DNA from: Macrostomum lignano
Taxonomy: Eukaryota
DNA length: 64,000 nt
Direction of reading: 5' to 3'
Assembly: GCA_002269645.1 (NCBI GenBank)
Contig: NIVC01001238.1
Coordinates: 1 to 64,000, forward strand
The translations under genes and the position numbers were made by a program. This document shows positions 1 to 16,294 of the stretch, one piece after another (position 1 is the stretch's first letter; the number at the start of each line of letters is the position of its first letter). Below the pieces are notes generated by a model. That model worked only from the letters and a program-made list of their open reading frames with translations. It was not told where the DNA came from and made no database searches.

Positions 1-464
1 GCAGCAAAGACGGTCAGGAAACAGAGACCGTCAGTACAAAGCCGCCATGAAGCACTACGCCGACGCGAACAGATCAGCCGCATCGCATCGCATCCAAGCT
101 GGCGATAAAGTCCTCCGCAGAAAAATCCAACCATCGAAAACGGACACGCCATTTGAAATTCAGCCTTGGACAGTCACGGAGGTCAAAAGGCGATTCTGTC
201 ATCCTGGAGAGCACGGGCGGCAGCAACTGCATGCGCCACGCCAGCGACGTTAAGCGACTGCCAGAGCGGCCAACAGGAGACGGGCCAGACGAGACCGGCA
301 GTCCAGAAGGCGACCCGACGGCCGCTTCGGCCCCCGCGGAGCCGCCGGCCGCCGCCGGTGCGGGGAGCTGCCAATCGCGAACCGTCCGCATCCAAGAAGC
401 TGCAAACTACCGCATCCCAATTATAGGACCTGATTTTTTTCGTGCAAAACTGACGAACCTATAA
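1..464 (+). mobile_element. Ty3/Gypsy-like LTR retrotransposon pol 3' end (integrase C-terminal region), frameshifted
   Basis: ORF 47-253 (KHYADANR...GDKVLRRK...K.DTPF...PWTVTEVK) continues in ORF 153-464 (GDSVILESTGG...RHASDVKRL) after a 1-nt slip in the A4 run at 185-188. The joined sequence resembles Gypsy integrase tails. Confidence 0.65.
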
Positions 465-534
465 ACCTCTTTTTGCTTTTTTTGCGCATGACATTCATTT
501 TTTTTAAATCCGATTTTAATCCGTTAATCTCCGC

Positions 535-999
535 GAAGGGGAAAGATGTTGTACTCTGCCCCCCCTTTCTCGGCACGTTGATTTTAACTCCTGTGTACAT
601 TGCATCATAGATGTACATTACTCTAGAGCAATCGATTACAGAGCTTTGAGCTCAAATATATAATAGCACCCACGTCCAAGTCGGGGCTGTAAGCTTTTGG
701 TTCATCTAAACTTCTGTCTCTCGCGTCAGTCACTACAGTAACCAAATTAACGCATGATATAATGTATCATATATATTTTAATATATCGCTATCTAGCTAT
801 AATTAACAATCTAGATATAGTAATATAAAGCTAAGTAATCCATAAAACAAGTGTTGCATGCTCCAGATTACATGCAGGATGAAGTTGACTTAAGTCCAAC
901 TAATGTTGACACGAAACACATACTGAGTATGCTATAACTATTGAAAAGAATGGTTCTACTGTAACGATAGGAAACAGAGATTAAATAAAAATACTAACA
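535..999 (+). mobile_element. Polypurine tract and probable 3' LTR of the Gypsy element
   Basis: GAAGGGGAAAGA (535-546) directly precedes TGTTG at 547. AATAAA at about 984 and an AACA end at 999. The right boundary is uncertain. Confidence 0.5.
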
Positions 1000-2486
1000 T
1001 ATTAAACAATAGCATCGAACGCGTTACACATGCGTTGTGCACACGCATGGTGCACGCTGTTAGCTTACTGGAGATTTAAAATAATTAACGAGTTTTTTAA
1101 TTTGCTTTGAGCAAAGTATCGCGTCTAAAACGCACTAACTACACTAGCGTATAATAACGCGCGTAATACGCGTGTTTTACGCGCTGTGTATGACAATACG
1201 CTTTAAATATGCGCGTAATACGCGCGTACCTGTTGCTTGGGCCGTGACTTGATCACATTGGCCATGCAGGTACAGAGGGGACTTGTACAGGAAATTCTTG
1301 CAGTGGCGAGACTATGGGGTAGCTACATGTACTACTACGTTGCTAAATACGAGGAATTGTACTTTTGGCCTTCAACGCGCCAACCAGCCTCTCGTAGCGC
1401 TGATGATGGACTAACTCGAACCTCAGAGACCGCATGGATTCATTACCCGAGCCGCTTGGCGAATCTAGAGTGCACAGAGTACATCGCTAGCACCGATTTT
1501 GCACTATTAGCAACTTTGCTAACTGATTTGATAGATGGATCGACTGAGAACTGCCTTGCGATTGTCCACTGTGACCGGCGCCTACTAGCTTAGCTACTCA
1601 TCTGAGCCATGAGTCAGATTTAACCTTCTCACTGATTCACTTCACACACCTCAGATTAAATTGGAGTTTCAGGCTACTAACAGTATTATTGAATGACTTC
1701 TGCCTCAATAACAGCACTACTGAACAAAATGAGCAAAAGTGTGCGCCTAATCCAGCTACTGAAACAGGGGACAGATAAGGAATCACCCATTAATCTCACC
1801 CAACCAATCAGAAACTCAACAGCCGGAGACCAGGTAATCCACAGTGACCGATTCGGCTAAGTGCTTCGCAGCTGTAGGCCGGAGTGATGCTGTCACAGTC
1901 TTCGCAAATAGCTAGCAGGTGTTGATCTTAACCTTGCTGATCGCTGCTGTCGACCGGGGGGATTCGTCCTTGATGATGACGGGGTAGTCGCGATCCGGGG
2001 ATCAAGAGACGACGGTCGAGCTCCGGGAACCAGAAGTGCGTGCTGGGTCTGAGCAGGTTGAGGTCCGATCGAGCGGGCCAAAAACACCGGTTTAAATAGC
2101 CGCCAACTAGACCGCAATTTGTTAGAATGGAGCACCTCGACGCTGATTGGCTGAGCCGATTTATTATAACTGACGTCGAATTTTCTCATTTTTGATTGGT
2201 TGAGCCTGTTACCACCCAAACTCACGTGACCAGAAGATCCCATCAGTTCCCTCGGGGGCATAAAATACGCCAGGTGTTGTCATAAATCACTCAAATCGCT
2301 ACATAATGTTTTATGAATTTTGCGTAGGAATTACGAAAGTTAATGAAAAAATAAGCATTAGAAAGAGCTCATTAAAAAGAAAGTGAAGATGGTGAAGAGA
2401 AATCGATAATCGCTAATCCCAAAGTACTTTTAGGGGTAAAACGCATTGTTGTCAAACTGTCAAACGCTTGAGTGAACACGAACAAT

Positions 2487-4262
2487 CCGGCGGTAAAAAA
2501 TCACGTCGAAATGACGTCGATATTCGACTTTCAAAAACTAGCGACTAATGAGTTGTCGTTTGAACCTTCATTCGACGTCGAAATTTCGATATTAATTTTT
2601 TTATCCCTCAATTTGCAGAATTGATCAGTAATAAGTATTTAAAAATATTTTTCCAACGTTGCTTTAAGTTAACTTAAAGGACAAATTAATTCAGTGTAAA
2701 ACAGACACGATAATTTTTGTTTACAACGCATAAGATACACATTTTTTTAAAAATATCGCCATGCGATGTCGATTATCGATCGCATCTCGATTATTTGTCA
2801 TATTGTAGACTTATAAATTAATTTTAGTGTATTTCATATACGTATATATTTTCTGTATTACACTTGGCAATTCATTCCTTTCATTATGTAATTTGTGTTG
2901 CATTATTTTTGTTGCTATTAATGTGCGTTAAAAATTTTGTGTTTAGTTTGATGTTTTATAATACTGCCGCTGACTACTATATACATGTAGGATTTTATAC
3001 AGGACAAATGAATTAATATCAAAGTAGCCATAAACTAGAAACTTTTACTTTTTAGTGCAGCCTATTGGAAATATTAATAGTGTAACAATGAACAGTGATG
3101 GATTCAATCCTCATACTCGTAAATGTTAAAAGGGCACAACTCTATGTAAAGTATATATTTGTTTTGAAACAAATTTTTGAGAAATGTATTAAAATATAAT
3201 TTTAACTTAAAATTCATTTATATATGCATTCTAAGGAATGTTTGTTACATTCAAAGACAAAAAGCATAGCCCACATAGCTGCATGAATTACTACTTATAC
3301 ATAATTATCTTAACTTTTTCTATGTAGGGAAAACAGGAGATACTATAATATGTAGCTATGCTATAAAAAGTTAAAAACTCTATTGTAAATGCTCTATGAG
3401 GTCTGGATTATATTTAGAACATATTGTATTGTATTTCAATATTGTATATATATTGTAATTTTTTTCAGAAATTTATTTTATTTCAAGTATTTTACTTGTT
3501 TAGTAAAGCCACCTCCTACTCTACCAAAAATTTTCAGCAAATACCCCTCTCAACTTGGCGGCCAAGGACGTCCTATGCGACGGCAGAAGACTGCGCTTTT
3601 TAGGGTGCAGAAAAGCTGACTTTTCCACAAGGAGTAAACGCGCTGACGCCATTGATTTTCAATGTTTCCATTTATGATTCCAATTTGTTGAATTTGTTGC
3701 ATTTGTTGCCATTGTTGTTCCTCATTTTCCATCGTTTACTTTCTGTTCCTGATAGCTTGATGCTATTTCTATGATTATATTTCAAATTGCTAGTGAATTG
3801 AATACACTGTATACTTTTTTCATGGTTGCGAGATAATAATTGCATCTATGGTTTGGATATATATCAAATGAAACGTCATGCAGTCTTGATCGGCATTTTA
3901 TGCTTTATTTCGTTCCTCTTAGGGTAGATTATAGCTAGTGTATGAATTAACATTATGTTTCGTCAGTTATAAGTACATGTAGCTTATGACTATTGTATGA
4001 AACAATGAACTAGCATATTACTAACTAATAATGATACTATAGTATATAGATAAAAAATCGAAAATTTGTCGAAAATCGCCATCAGCTTGCTGTCATCACG
4101 AATATAAACGACGTCGACTTTTCGCCATCAGTAGTGGAAAACGCGACGTCGCATACTCGTCGTCTGATGGCGAAACATTCGACGTCGAAATCGGGGTTCA
4201 AATCGACATGAAATTTCGACGTCGCTTTTCGACGTCATTTCGACGTGATTTTTACCGCCGGG
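2487..4262. mobile_element. Non-autonomous DNA transposon with TIRs (CACTA/EnSpm-like)
   Basis: Left end CCGGCGGTAAAAAATCACGTCGAAATGACGTCG is the reverse complement of the right end CGACGTCATTTCGACGTGATTTTTACCGCCGGG. AT flanks both sides (possible 2-bp TSD). Clustered palindromic CGACGTCG subterminal repeats. Confidence 0.7.
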
Positions 4263-5088
4263 ATAGGCCCTGACCTCATAAATCTGATGACCTGTCAAAA
4301 ATGATGAGATAAAAGCTACCGCCTGCATCCTCTCAGACCATCTGGCGCCAGCCTCAACACTGAGTGAGGCGCAGGTGGCTGTCAGACCAGCTCAAAAGGA
4401 ATGATTTATGACCCCAAAAGCAGCAAAAACCGCGCCTATGTTATTATAACTACAAGTATGGCAAAATCATATAGCTACAAAAATCCTACTAATATGAATT
4501 CAAGGAAAATTACATAAAAAGAAGAAAAATGCCCATAGCCTGCTGTTAGTAGGCTAGCAAGTTTGAAGCCCATGTGCGAGCGTGAAATTTGGAAAAAAGT
4601 GCGTCTTATCATATAAAATAACTTAGTGTGTACGTCAAAATTTCATGCTAATAAGTTTCAATTACTTAGTGTGTGTGTGTGTAAATTAAAATAGTAAAAA
4701 TTTTCATCTTAATAACATAATTCAATGAAGCAAGCTATTGAAAATCCAAAAGTAGTCACAGGAGCGCCATCCTCTAGCAAACAACTAGTCGAAAGCTTAT
4801 TGGTTGCGGTAATTGTCTCGGCATCCGAACGGTTACAATTTTACAATGCAGGGCGCGAAAAAATTGTCGAAATAGCTCCACTACGTCCATTCTACATTCG
4901 ATTCTATATTTCCCCAGACATTCATGTCAGAGTGGATTCGAGGTGATTCAGAACAGGTCTTACAGTGCTTTGAAACATGGACGATCGCGGACTTGACCTG
5001 CACTGCCGAGCTGGACTGCTGAGAACTACACTGCTGAGGGCCCGCCTGCCGTGGACTGAAACTGCCATTCTCGGTGAGATTTGGAACG

Positions 5089-5736
<648 letters not shown>

Positions 5737-7030
5737 CAGATAGGTAGGGCCAGCATGAACGAGTATTTCATTCTATTGAGTTTTCTAGATCTAACGGATA
5801 ACTCAGTTCATTAGAATGAAGTGGAGCATGTCAACAACAACAATAACAACAAAATACGCGGCCCGCATGCACAGTCACAGTTAGAGCAGGGCGCGTCAGA
5901 TGGCGCGCCGCAGAGCCTGGGAGCGAACAAAGTCCGTTCCGTGGGCAGTGTCGGGCGCTCCAGCGTCGCACAGCAGGCAGTCCACGCAGCCTGACCCCGC
6001 CTGAATGGACCCTGCAAAGTGAGCAGCAGGACGTCCTGAACAGGTTGGGGGCAGCAGCCCTCGGCCCGGATCACGTGGCCCGCCAGTTGAAGCATGTAGA
6101 GTTAATTAAAGTGCTGTTAATAAGCTGAAAATTAGACCAGCCTGTGTCTGGCGCAGGCAATCTGCGTGCAGGGCTCTGAAAACCGATTCCTGATAGAGCG
6201 ATCATCGCTGCATCGCCCCCCCCCCCGTTACGCGGCGGTGCCAGTTGTTGCCGCTCGGAATTCGGTGGTTGCGCCCTGTTGTTTGAAAACAACCGAATGG
6301 GAGAAAAATCGAAGCGCGAATCGCAGCTGATGATGAGGATTCAAAGAATTCCCACCGAGGAGGACAGATGCGAGAGCCGCTTCAGTTGGAGCTGGGCCAG
6401 GATTCGGGAATTCCAGCGGCGATCGCCGAGATCTGATGATGAGGCAGCTGCGGCTTTGATGGCGGAGCCCACGGTAGAGATACGGTAGCTGTGGGGGGGG
6501 GGGAGAGCCAGTGGGCAGCTCGGGACGCGGCAAGCAGCGGCACAGTTGGCCTTTCAGTCAGGAGGCGGTGGGGCGTGGGTGCCTCAGGCGACAGGCGGCA
6601 GTGAGCGATGCAAGCAGCGAAGTGGAAGGTAGCCGCATGTAGCCGCATGTAGCCGACGGCCGCCCCCCACCACACAGCACAAATTTCTCCCCAAATTCGC
6701 CGAAAAAATGGGGATCATTGACCGGGAGATTGACGGCGCTAAGAGTTGCGTGGGAATTACAGAATTTAGGGGAAGCGCTATCGGTGGCCGCTAAGATGCC
6801 TGCAATCCCGTGCCGATCTTGTCACCGGAGTGTCGGGCCTGCGACACATGCTGCTGGGACTCTATTAGCCAGAAATTTTCACCAAAGTGACAGCTTTAGT
6901 TTAGCAGGGTTCAGTTAATTGAAGGGGACAAATTCTAACGGGGATAAACCATTCAAGTACGAGATGTTCCTCCTTGCTTTTTGTTTAATCCCGCAACTAT
7001 TAAGATTTTAAATTTTCATTGCTTACGCAG

Positions 7031-7417
7031 CGGATGGCCCGAAACTGCAGCTGACCAACCAGCTGCACAACCTGCCGCTCCTGCGACCGCCGCTGCCGCT
7101 CTACAGTCTGTCTCAGCTGCCGCCGCTGACCAACCAGGCTGCGGCTGCCAGGGCAGCGGTGGCCGCCTCCGCAGCGGCAGCGGCAGCGGCGGCAGCGACA
7201 GCCTTGGCCAGACTGGCCAGTTGGCCGCAGCTCCCGCCGCTGCCACCGCCGCCTCCACCGACGCTTCAGCGAGTTTGCGCACCCTCCGCGGCGCCGAGAT
7301 CCAGCGTTGTCAAAGCGCGGCTGAGCAGCGGCAGGAGCCACCAGCAGCCGCAGCAGCAGGCCGGCTGCGTGTGCAACTACTGCGGCAAGCGGTTCAGCCG
7401 GCCCTGGCTGCTACAAG
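7031..7417 (+). CDS. scrt: Scratch-like Snail-family C2H2 transcription factor, internal exon
   Basis: Acceptor CGCAG at 7026-7030. Open frame DGPKLQ...polyAla...CNYCGKRFSRPWLLQG ending at the phase-1 donor CAAG|GTGACA (7418). The first exon was not identified. Confidence 0.8.
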
Positions 7418-8314
7418 GTGACAAAAACGCTCGGAGGGGGGGTTAATGGATTTGCATCTATATGGCATCTTCTCACGCCCCATTTTGGCTGCAGTTGGTC
7501 TCCTGTTCTGTCATTGCATCATCTGGCTTTCAACGCAACTGTCCCATTATTTGATCCGCTGCTTGTTTAACTTTGGTTGGCACTTCAACACAGGGTGGCA
7601 CATCAGAGCATCACATCAAATGGTAGGCCCTGGTGACTCTTTGTTGGGAGTCCCTCGGCCTGCAGCAGCTAGTCAATGCTCGCTCAGCACAAACATTTGG
7701 CCAGCCGAATATTGAATTAAAAAACTCAGCCTCAGTTCTAGCTTGAATGTCCTGTTGAGGTGGCTGAAATATTGCAAAATTGGTCAATTTGCAGCATACC
7801 GAAAGGATCAACTTGCAGCCACTTTAAGGACCCGGTTGGCAGTGCTGTGATGCAGTCGATTCCAGTGAATAGATAGCGGAATAGGCGACACTGGCCTCCC
7901 CGCTGTGTCTACGGACCACCCTGCAGCTAAGTTAAGCAAGAATGGAGGAAATCATAGTCGTCATAGGATCTAGGAGGGAGATCGATAACCAGCAGAGGTC
8001 GCAAAGCCACGGAGATCGGTGGCCCTGACAACCGGCCTCCAGCATCTTTCTCAGAAAGTCGAGTTTAGCGTCTTTCTACTTACCTTTGTGCATGCGCATA
8101 CCCATGAAGGCTGACCTCCAAGGCACGGAGAGTGTACATGCCTGACGATTATAAGTTCAGGGCCGCTGTACACCCTGTGTGAGTGCGTGTCTGCTTACAG
8201 TACTCGTATTGATGCGCTTGTACCCATGGTTTAGCGGAATGGTCGGACTGAAATGGTAATTTTTATGAAGAGACAAACTGTCCCGTTAACTCCTCGGTGC
8301 ACCCAAATCCGCAG

Positions 8315-8574
8315 GTCACCTGCGCACGCACACGGGAGAGCGGCCCTTCCCCTGCCAGCTGTGCGGCAAGTCCTTCGCTGACAAGTCCAACCTGCGGGCT
8401 CATGTGCAAACGCACTCCAAGGAGAAGCCGCACCAGTGCGGCCGCTGCGGCAAGCGGTTCGCCCTCAAGAGCTACCTCAGCAAGCACGCCGACAGCTCCT
8501 GCATGCGGCGGGAGAGATTCACGGCCGCTGCCGCCGCTGCTGCCGCTGCTGCCACAGGCGAAAGAATTCAGTAG
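8315..8574 (+). CDS. scrt: Scratch-like transcription factor, last exon (zinc fingers)
   Basis: GCAG|GT CAC gives [62 protein letters not shown], stop TAG 8572-8574. The ALKSYL.KH..SSC tail is the Scratch subfamily signature. Confidence 0.9.
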
Positions 8575-9380
8575 AACCAAGGACCACTGTTGATGAGGAG
8601 TGTTCACCTCATGTCCAAGGACCACGCACTGCTTAGTGAGAGGAGTGTACACCTTATCCAAGGACCACTGTTAGTGAGGGAAGTGTACACCCAATTCAAG
8701 GACCACTATTAGTGAGAGGAATGTACACCCAATCCAAGGACCACTGTTAGTGAGGAGTGTAACACCCAATCCAAGGACCACTGTTAGTGAGGAGTGTAAC
8801 ACCCAATCCAAGGACCACTGTTAGTGAGGAGTGTAACACCCAATCCAAGGACCACTGTTAGTGAGGAGTGTAACACCCAATCCAAGGACCACTGTTAGTG
8901 AGGAGTGTAACACCCAATCCAAGGACCACTGTTAGTGAGGAGTGTAACACTCAATCCAAGGACCACTGTTAGTGAGGAGTGTAACACCCAATCCAAGTAC
9001 CACTGTTAGTGAGGAGTGTAACACCCAATCCAAGGACCGCTGTTAGTGAGGAGTGTAACACCCAATCCAAGGACCGCTGTTAGTGAGGAGTGTAACACCC
9101 AATCCAAGGACCACTGTTAGTGAGGAGTGTAACACTCAATCCAAGGACCACTGTTAGTGAGGAGTGTAACACCCAATCCAAGGACCGCTGTTAGTGAGGA
9201 GTGTAACACCCAATCCAAGGACCGCTGTTAGTGAGGAGTGTAACACCCAATCCAAGGACCGCTGTTAGTGAGGAGTGTAACACCCAATCCAAGGACCGCT
9301 GTTAGTGAGGAGTGTAACACCCAATCCAAGGACCACTGTTAGTGAGGAGTGTAACACCCAATCCAGGACCACTGCTAGTG
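8575..9380. repeat. 37-bp minisatellite (AGGACCACTGTTAGTGAGGAGTGTAACACCCAATCCA), about 20 copies, in the probable scratch 3' UTR
   Basis: Direct reading. Degenerate first units start at the stop codon. AATAAA at about 9511. Confidence 0.95.
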
Positions 9381-9840
9381 AGAGGAGTGTACAGCGGCCC
9401 TAGTGGGGGAGGCAACAAAGAAACAACAAAACCCAACTGATCATAACCTAGCTTAGTAATATCATTTCTCTCGTGGACTTTCATGCCTGTCATTGTTTTT
9501 ACTTAATTCAATAAATAAATAAATTGAAGATGCAAACCGTTATTGTTGACAATGGAACAATTTTTTGTTTTTGTTTGCAATTTCCTTTTCAAAGCGAGTT
9601 TTGCAGCCGCAAGCTTTTAAACGGTCGGGGAGTTTACAGTATATATTTATATTCATAACATATCATAGCTTATGCATGAATTTGTATATATAATATATAT
9701 CATTAATTCAGATAAAACTGCGACAGAAAATGAGTGAGGCACAGAACTGTACACAACAAAGAGACAAAGTTGACAGGGTAATAAATAGTTAATGTATTGC
9801 TTCTTTACTGAACCACAGGGCTCCCTGTTCTAGAGGGCTA

Positions 9841-10790
9841 GAGACAGCGGGGACAGGAGGGGAAGAGGGCAGAAGGGATGGGATTAGACAGCGGGGGAAG
9901 AGGGCAGAAGGGATGGGATTAGACAGCGGGGGAAGAGGGCAGAAGGGAGGGATTAGACAGGGGGGGAAGAGGGCAGAAGGGATGGGATTAGACAGCGGGG
10001 GAAGAGGGCAGAAGGGAGGGGATTAGACAGCGGGGGAAGAGGGCAGAAGGGAGGGATTAGACAGGGGGGAAGAGGGCAGAAGGGATGGGATTAGACAGCG
10101 GGGGAAGAGGGCAGAAGGGAGGGTATTAGACAGGGGGGAAGAGGGCAGAAGGGAGGGGATTAGACAGCGGGGGAAGAGGGCAGAAGGGAGGGGATTAGAC
10201 AGCGGGGGAAGAGGGCAGAAGGGAGGGGATTAGACAGCGGGGGAAGAGGGCAGAAGGGAGGGGATTAGACAGCGGGGACAGGGGGGGAAGAGGGCAGAAG
10301 GGAGGGGATTAGACAGCGGGGGAAGAGGGCAGAAGGGAGGGGATTAGACAGCGGGGGAAGAGGGCAGAAGGGAGGGGATTAGACAGCGGGGGAAGAGGGC
10401 AGAAGGGAGGGGATTAGACAGCGGGGGAAGAGGGCAGAAGGGAGGGGATTAGACAGCGGGGGAAGAGGGCAGAAGGGAGGGGATTAGACAGCGGGGACAG
10501 GGGGGGAAGAGGGCAGAAGGGAGGGGATTAGACAGCGGGGGAAGAGGGCAGAAGGGAGGGGATTAGACAGCGGGGGAAGAGGGCAGAAGGGAGGGGATTA
10601 GACAGCGGGGGAAGAGGGCAGAAGGGAGGGGATTAGACAGCGGGGAAGAGGGCAGAAGGGAGGGGATTAGACAGCGGGGGAAGAGGGCAGAAGGGAGGGG
10701 ATTAGACAGAGGGGAAGAGGGCAGAAGGGAGGGGATTAGACAGCGGGGGAAGAGGGCAGAAGGGAGGGGATTAGACAGCGGGGACAGAGA
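9841..10790. repeat. 35-bp G-rich minisatellite (GACAGCGGGGGAAGAGGGCAGAAGGGAGGGGATTA), about 27 copies
   Basis: Direct reading. Confidence 0.95.
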
Positions 10791-12138
10791 GAGAGCAGAC
10801 AGAAATCTATTAAAAAGCCTGTTTGAACACGCGCAAGGCAATAAAAAATGATAATGATATCGTTGTCAAAAACTCGGCAGAATATTAGCTAAGTAAAGTT
10901 GAATCCCAGCGCGCCTATTACTAAGCCTGGTTTCTATGCGGGTACATTGATCCACAGAGTTGGCTGCAGAGAGTTTCAATTTCAACAAAGGACACATAAA
11001 GTAATTAGCGCTACTGATGATTGACCTCGCGTTCAGGACTGCTTTGGACATTTAATTAGAGGCATATAATACATAAAATTGGGCCTGTAATGCACATTAT
11101 TCTCGAATTAAAATAGACCCAAATCAGACTACTGGCGAGTAGAAATAAAAGAAAAAATAGGATTAAATTCCGCTGCGAACAGCAACTGCCCGACTTGAAT
11201 AAGTTTTTTGTGTTAAAATTCCAATTTGCTGCCAAAAAAAACGCTGTTTTGTAGACAGAGCAGGAGCCCCTTTGCCAGACATCGCCTTAAAGGAAGCTGA
11301 TGATACAAGGAGAATAAAAAACATAAAAATAGCAAACACTTTTCTTTAAAAAATATATCATTCAGCAAAGATACAGGGCGCTGCTTAAAATTGTTGTTAA
11401 TACAATCCAATATTATGACTGAACAGGGCAATGGCTGATCAAGTATTGAATCCGCATCAATAAGTATTTATGCATATAATTTAGCAGGTAACATTGTTCA
11501 GCTCGAGCAAAACACAAATCTACGGGCGCAGTCAACAAAACAAACAGAATATTTGAAGAGAAAAAACACGCTAGCGCACACATTGAGAGTTTACTCTGAG
11601 TTCAGTCTGAGCACGATGCACGCCAAGTATATATATATATGCATGCTATGTGTGTGTATGCAAATGTATAAATATGTGTAATAAAAAAATAACAAATTGC
11701 ACACTATATAGATTGCTATGACAGTATTTATTATCATTGTAGAGTTATTGCACACGCACTAACAGCTGAGGCCAGTTAAAGCAATAATAAAATTGACAAA
11801 AAAGTTGTATAAACAGAAAATCAAGTTAAGAGTCAAGCTGCTTCCTATTGCACGCGCAGGGACAAATCCGTATGCACACAAGAACAAAGAGCAATAGAAC
11901 CGCCGCAGACTGCGGCAGACATCAAAACTATTACTAAACCAAGACTAGTGCTCAAAGACTCTGCTAAAAAAAGGATTTCAATCAGCGAATCAAAACGTCG
12001 GTCTGCTGGGATAAAAAGTGCTGCGGCCGCCGTATTGGTAAGAAATTATTTAAAATTTGGGGAGGGGAGATGATGCTATGTACACAGCTGTGAGGCACCT
12101 CGGACACCTCACAGCTCAGTGGGGGGAAGAGGCGGCTG

Positions 12139-12190
12139 AGACAGACAGACAGGCAGGCAGACAGACAGACAGACGGACAGGCAGGCAGGC

Positions 12191-12227
<37 letters not shown>

Positions 12228-12327
12228 GGCAGACGGACAGGCAGGCAGACAGACAGACACACACGCAGACAGACAGACAGACAGACAGACAGGCAGGCAG
12301 GCAGACAGACAGACAGACAGACAGACA

Positions 12328-12368
<41 letters not shown>

Positions 12369-12378
12369 ACAGACAGAC
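12139..12378. repeat. GACA/GGCA compound microsatellite
   Basis: Direct reading. Confidence 0.95.
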
Positions 12379-12996
12379 CAGAGACAGGACCAAGTGCAAA
12401 GCAGCAGAGTACAAGAGTGAGCAATGCTAAAAGCAAGACAGACAGACAGCGGGGCTGAGATTTCAGTAGCATAACTGCGTCAGCAAGCAAATCAGTCTGC
12501 TGAAAAAATCTATTGCCGGCACGCGAACCAGTAGAAGAGTGCAATCGCGAGCGGAGAGCTCTAAAAAGGCTAAACATCCCCCAAAGCAACTGCGACTTTC
12601 CGGGAAGGAAGTGAAGATAAAATAAAGTCTAAGCAAACAGTTGTTAAAAACGGGACAGTGAATAAAATTTAAAACACAAGAAGAAAAGATTAACGCGAGG
12701 CAGGAGACTCAGTTAAACAAAAAAACAAACACAAAAGGGAGTCGCCATTGACTGTAAGCAGTCAATCAATAAAACAAGAATAAAATCCGACACTAAATAT
12801 AGACAGATTTTACGTACAATAACAATAAGCTATTGACCCTATTCGCCTAGATGCGCCAATTCCAAGGATTTGAAACAATTCTGATGGAAAAAGCGGGAAA
12901 ACCAGATAGTCAGTAGACTTAACCCACTCTACTGGCCTCAAACATGTACATGATCTCTGTCCCATGCTTTTCTCTATCTGTCCTTCCGCGGAGAAA

Positions 12997-13108
12997 CTCA
13001 TGGTAAAGCCTCGGAAAACCCATGGTAAAGCCATGGAAAACCCACGGCTAAGCCATGGAAAACCCATGGTAAAGCCACGGAAAATCCATGGTAAAGCCAC
13101 GGAAAACC
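12997..13108. repeat. Degenerate 22-bp tandem repeat (CATGGTAAAGCCACGGAAAACC), about 5 copies
   Basis: Direct reading. Confidence 0.75.
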
Positions 13109-13238
13109 GTTGCCCCGGCGAACCCAGTGGAAAACCCAAAAAGCTTATTGCTACTGCCACACATCACGGAGTCAAGCAGCTTAAGTGACAGACGAAAAAA
13201 ATATTACAAAAGATGATACAGCGCAGTATTTCGGCCGT

Positions 13239-13621
13239 CTATCTGGCAGTCCCACTGGAGCCGACAGCGCCAGGCGGAGATGGAGGCGACGGCCGGCAGA
13301 AGCGGTGCTGCAAGGCCTGGCCCGGCCGGATTCGCTGCCACGGATCGTAGGTGAGCGCCCGGCCAAGAAAGTCGGCGAACACGTGATAGTCGGCCGGTCC
13401 GTGCCCGGCCTCGCCGCGCCGCCGACCGCCCGGGCCGCCGATGTCGGCGCCGAGGATGTCGCGCAGAAGCTGCCGACTGCCTGGCGGCTGATAGGAGGGC
13501 CGCCTGGCGCCCAGGCCGTTCAGGCTGGCCGGCCGGGGCTGGTGTCCGGCTCCGTCCGGTAGGCGCTCGAAGAAGCGCTCGCTCTTTCGGCCCTGGTCCA
13601 GCAGCGAGGACGGGGGCAGGC
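13239..13621 (-). CDS. dyrk1: DYRK1/minibrain kinase, last exon
   Basis: Acceptor CCCGCAG|, phase 1. Translates GLPPSSLLDQGRKSERFFERLPDG...YQPPGSRQLLRDILGADIGGPGGRRRGEAGHGPADYHVFADFLGRALTYDPWQRIRPGQALQHRF, matching the DYRK1 C-lobe. Stop TAG 13239-13241. Confidence 0.9.
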
Positions 13622-13835
13622 CTGCGGGAGCGAGTGCAGTTAAATTTGTTGAAACTGCATATTAGCGACACGGTGCACAATTTGTCAGTCGGTCGGGTGA
13701 CTCAAGATTTCTATTGAGCTGCGTACTAACCTCTACCAACTGTGCTTAACTTGCAATACTCTTCTTATATCCAAAGCTGAGTGGACCGATAGCAGCCGGG
13801 TTCAACGCGTATATCCTCATAGACGGCCGCCAAGC

Positions 13836-16271
<2,436 letters not shown>

Positions 16272-16294
16272 TCAGTACCGATGGGTCAGCATTG

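Noticed and set aside
1231-2282. Possible second solo LTR (TG...CA ends, TATA-like motif on the minus strand)
   Set aside because: No matching target-site duplication or partner LTR in the window.
3500-3732. Weak resemblance to the P2X7-ballast-like transposon accessory domain (R..LPS...K.R..F)
   Set aside because: Needs frameshifts and lacks the conserved Cys. Too weak without a profile search.
6279-6488. Possible scratch first exon
   Set aside because: No SNAG (MPRSF) motif, and no donor of the required phase 1 could be found.
8640-9380. Tandem miR-133 or miR-34 seed matches in the scratch 3' UTR repeat
   Set aside because: GGACCAC and CCACTGT each mismatch the canonical seed-match sites (GGACCAA, CACTGCC).
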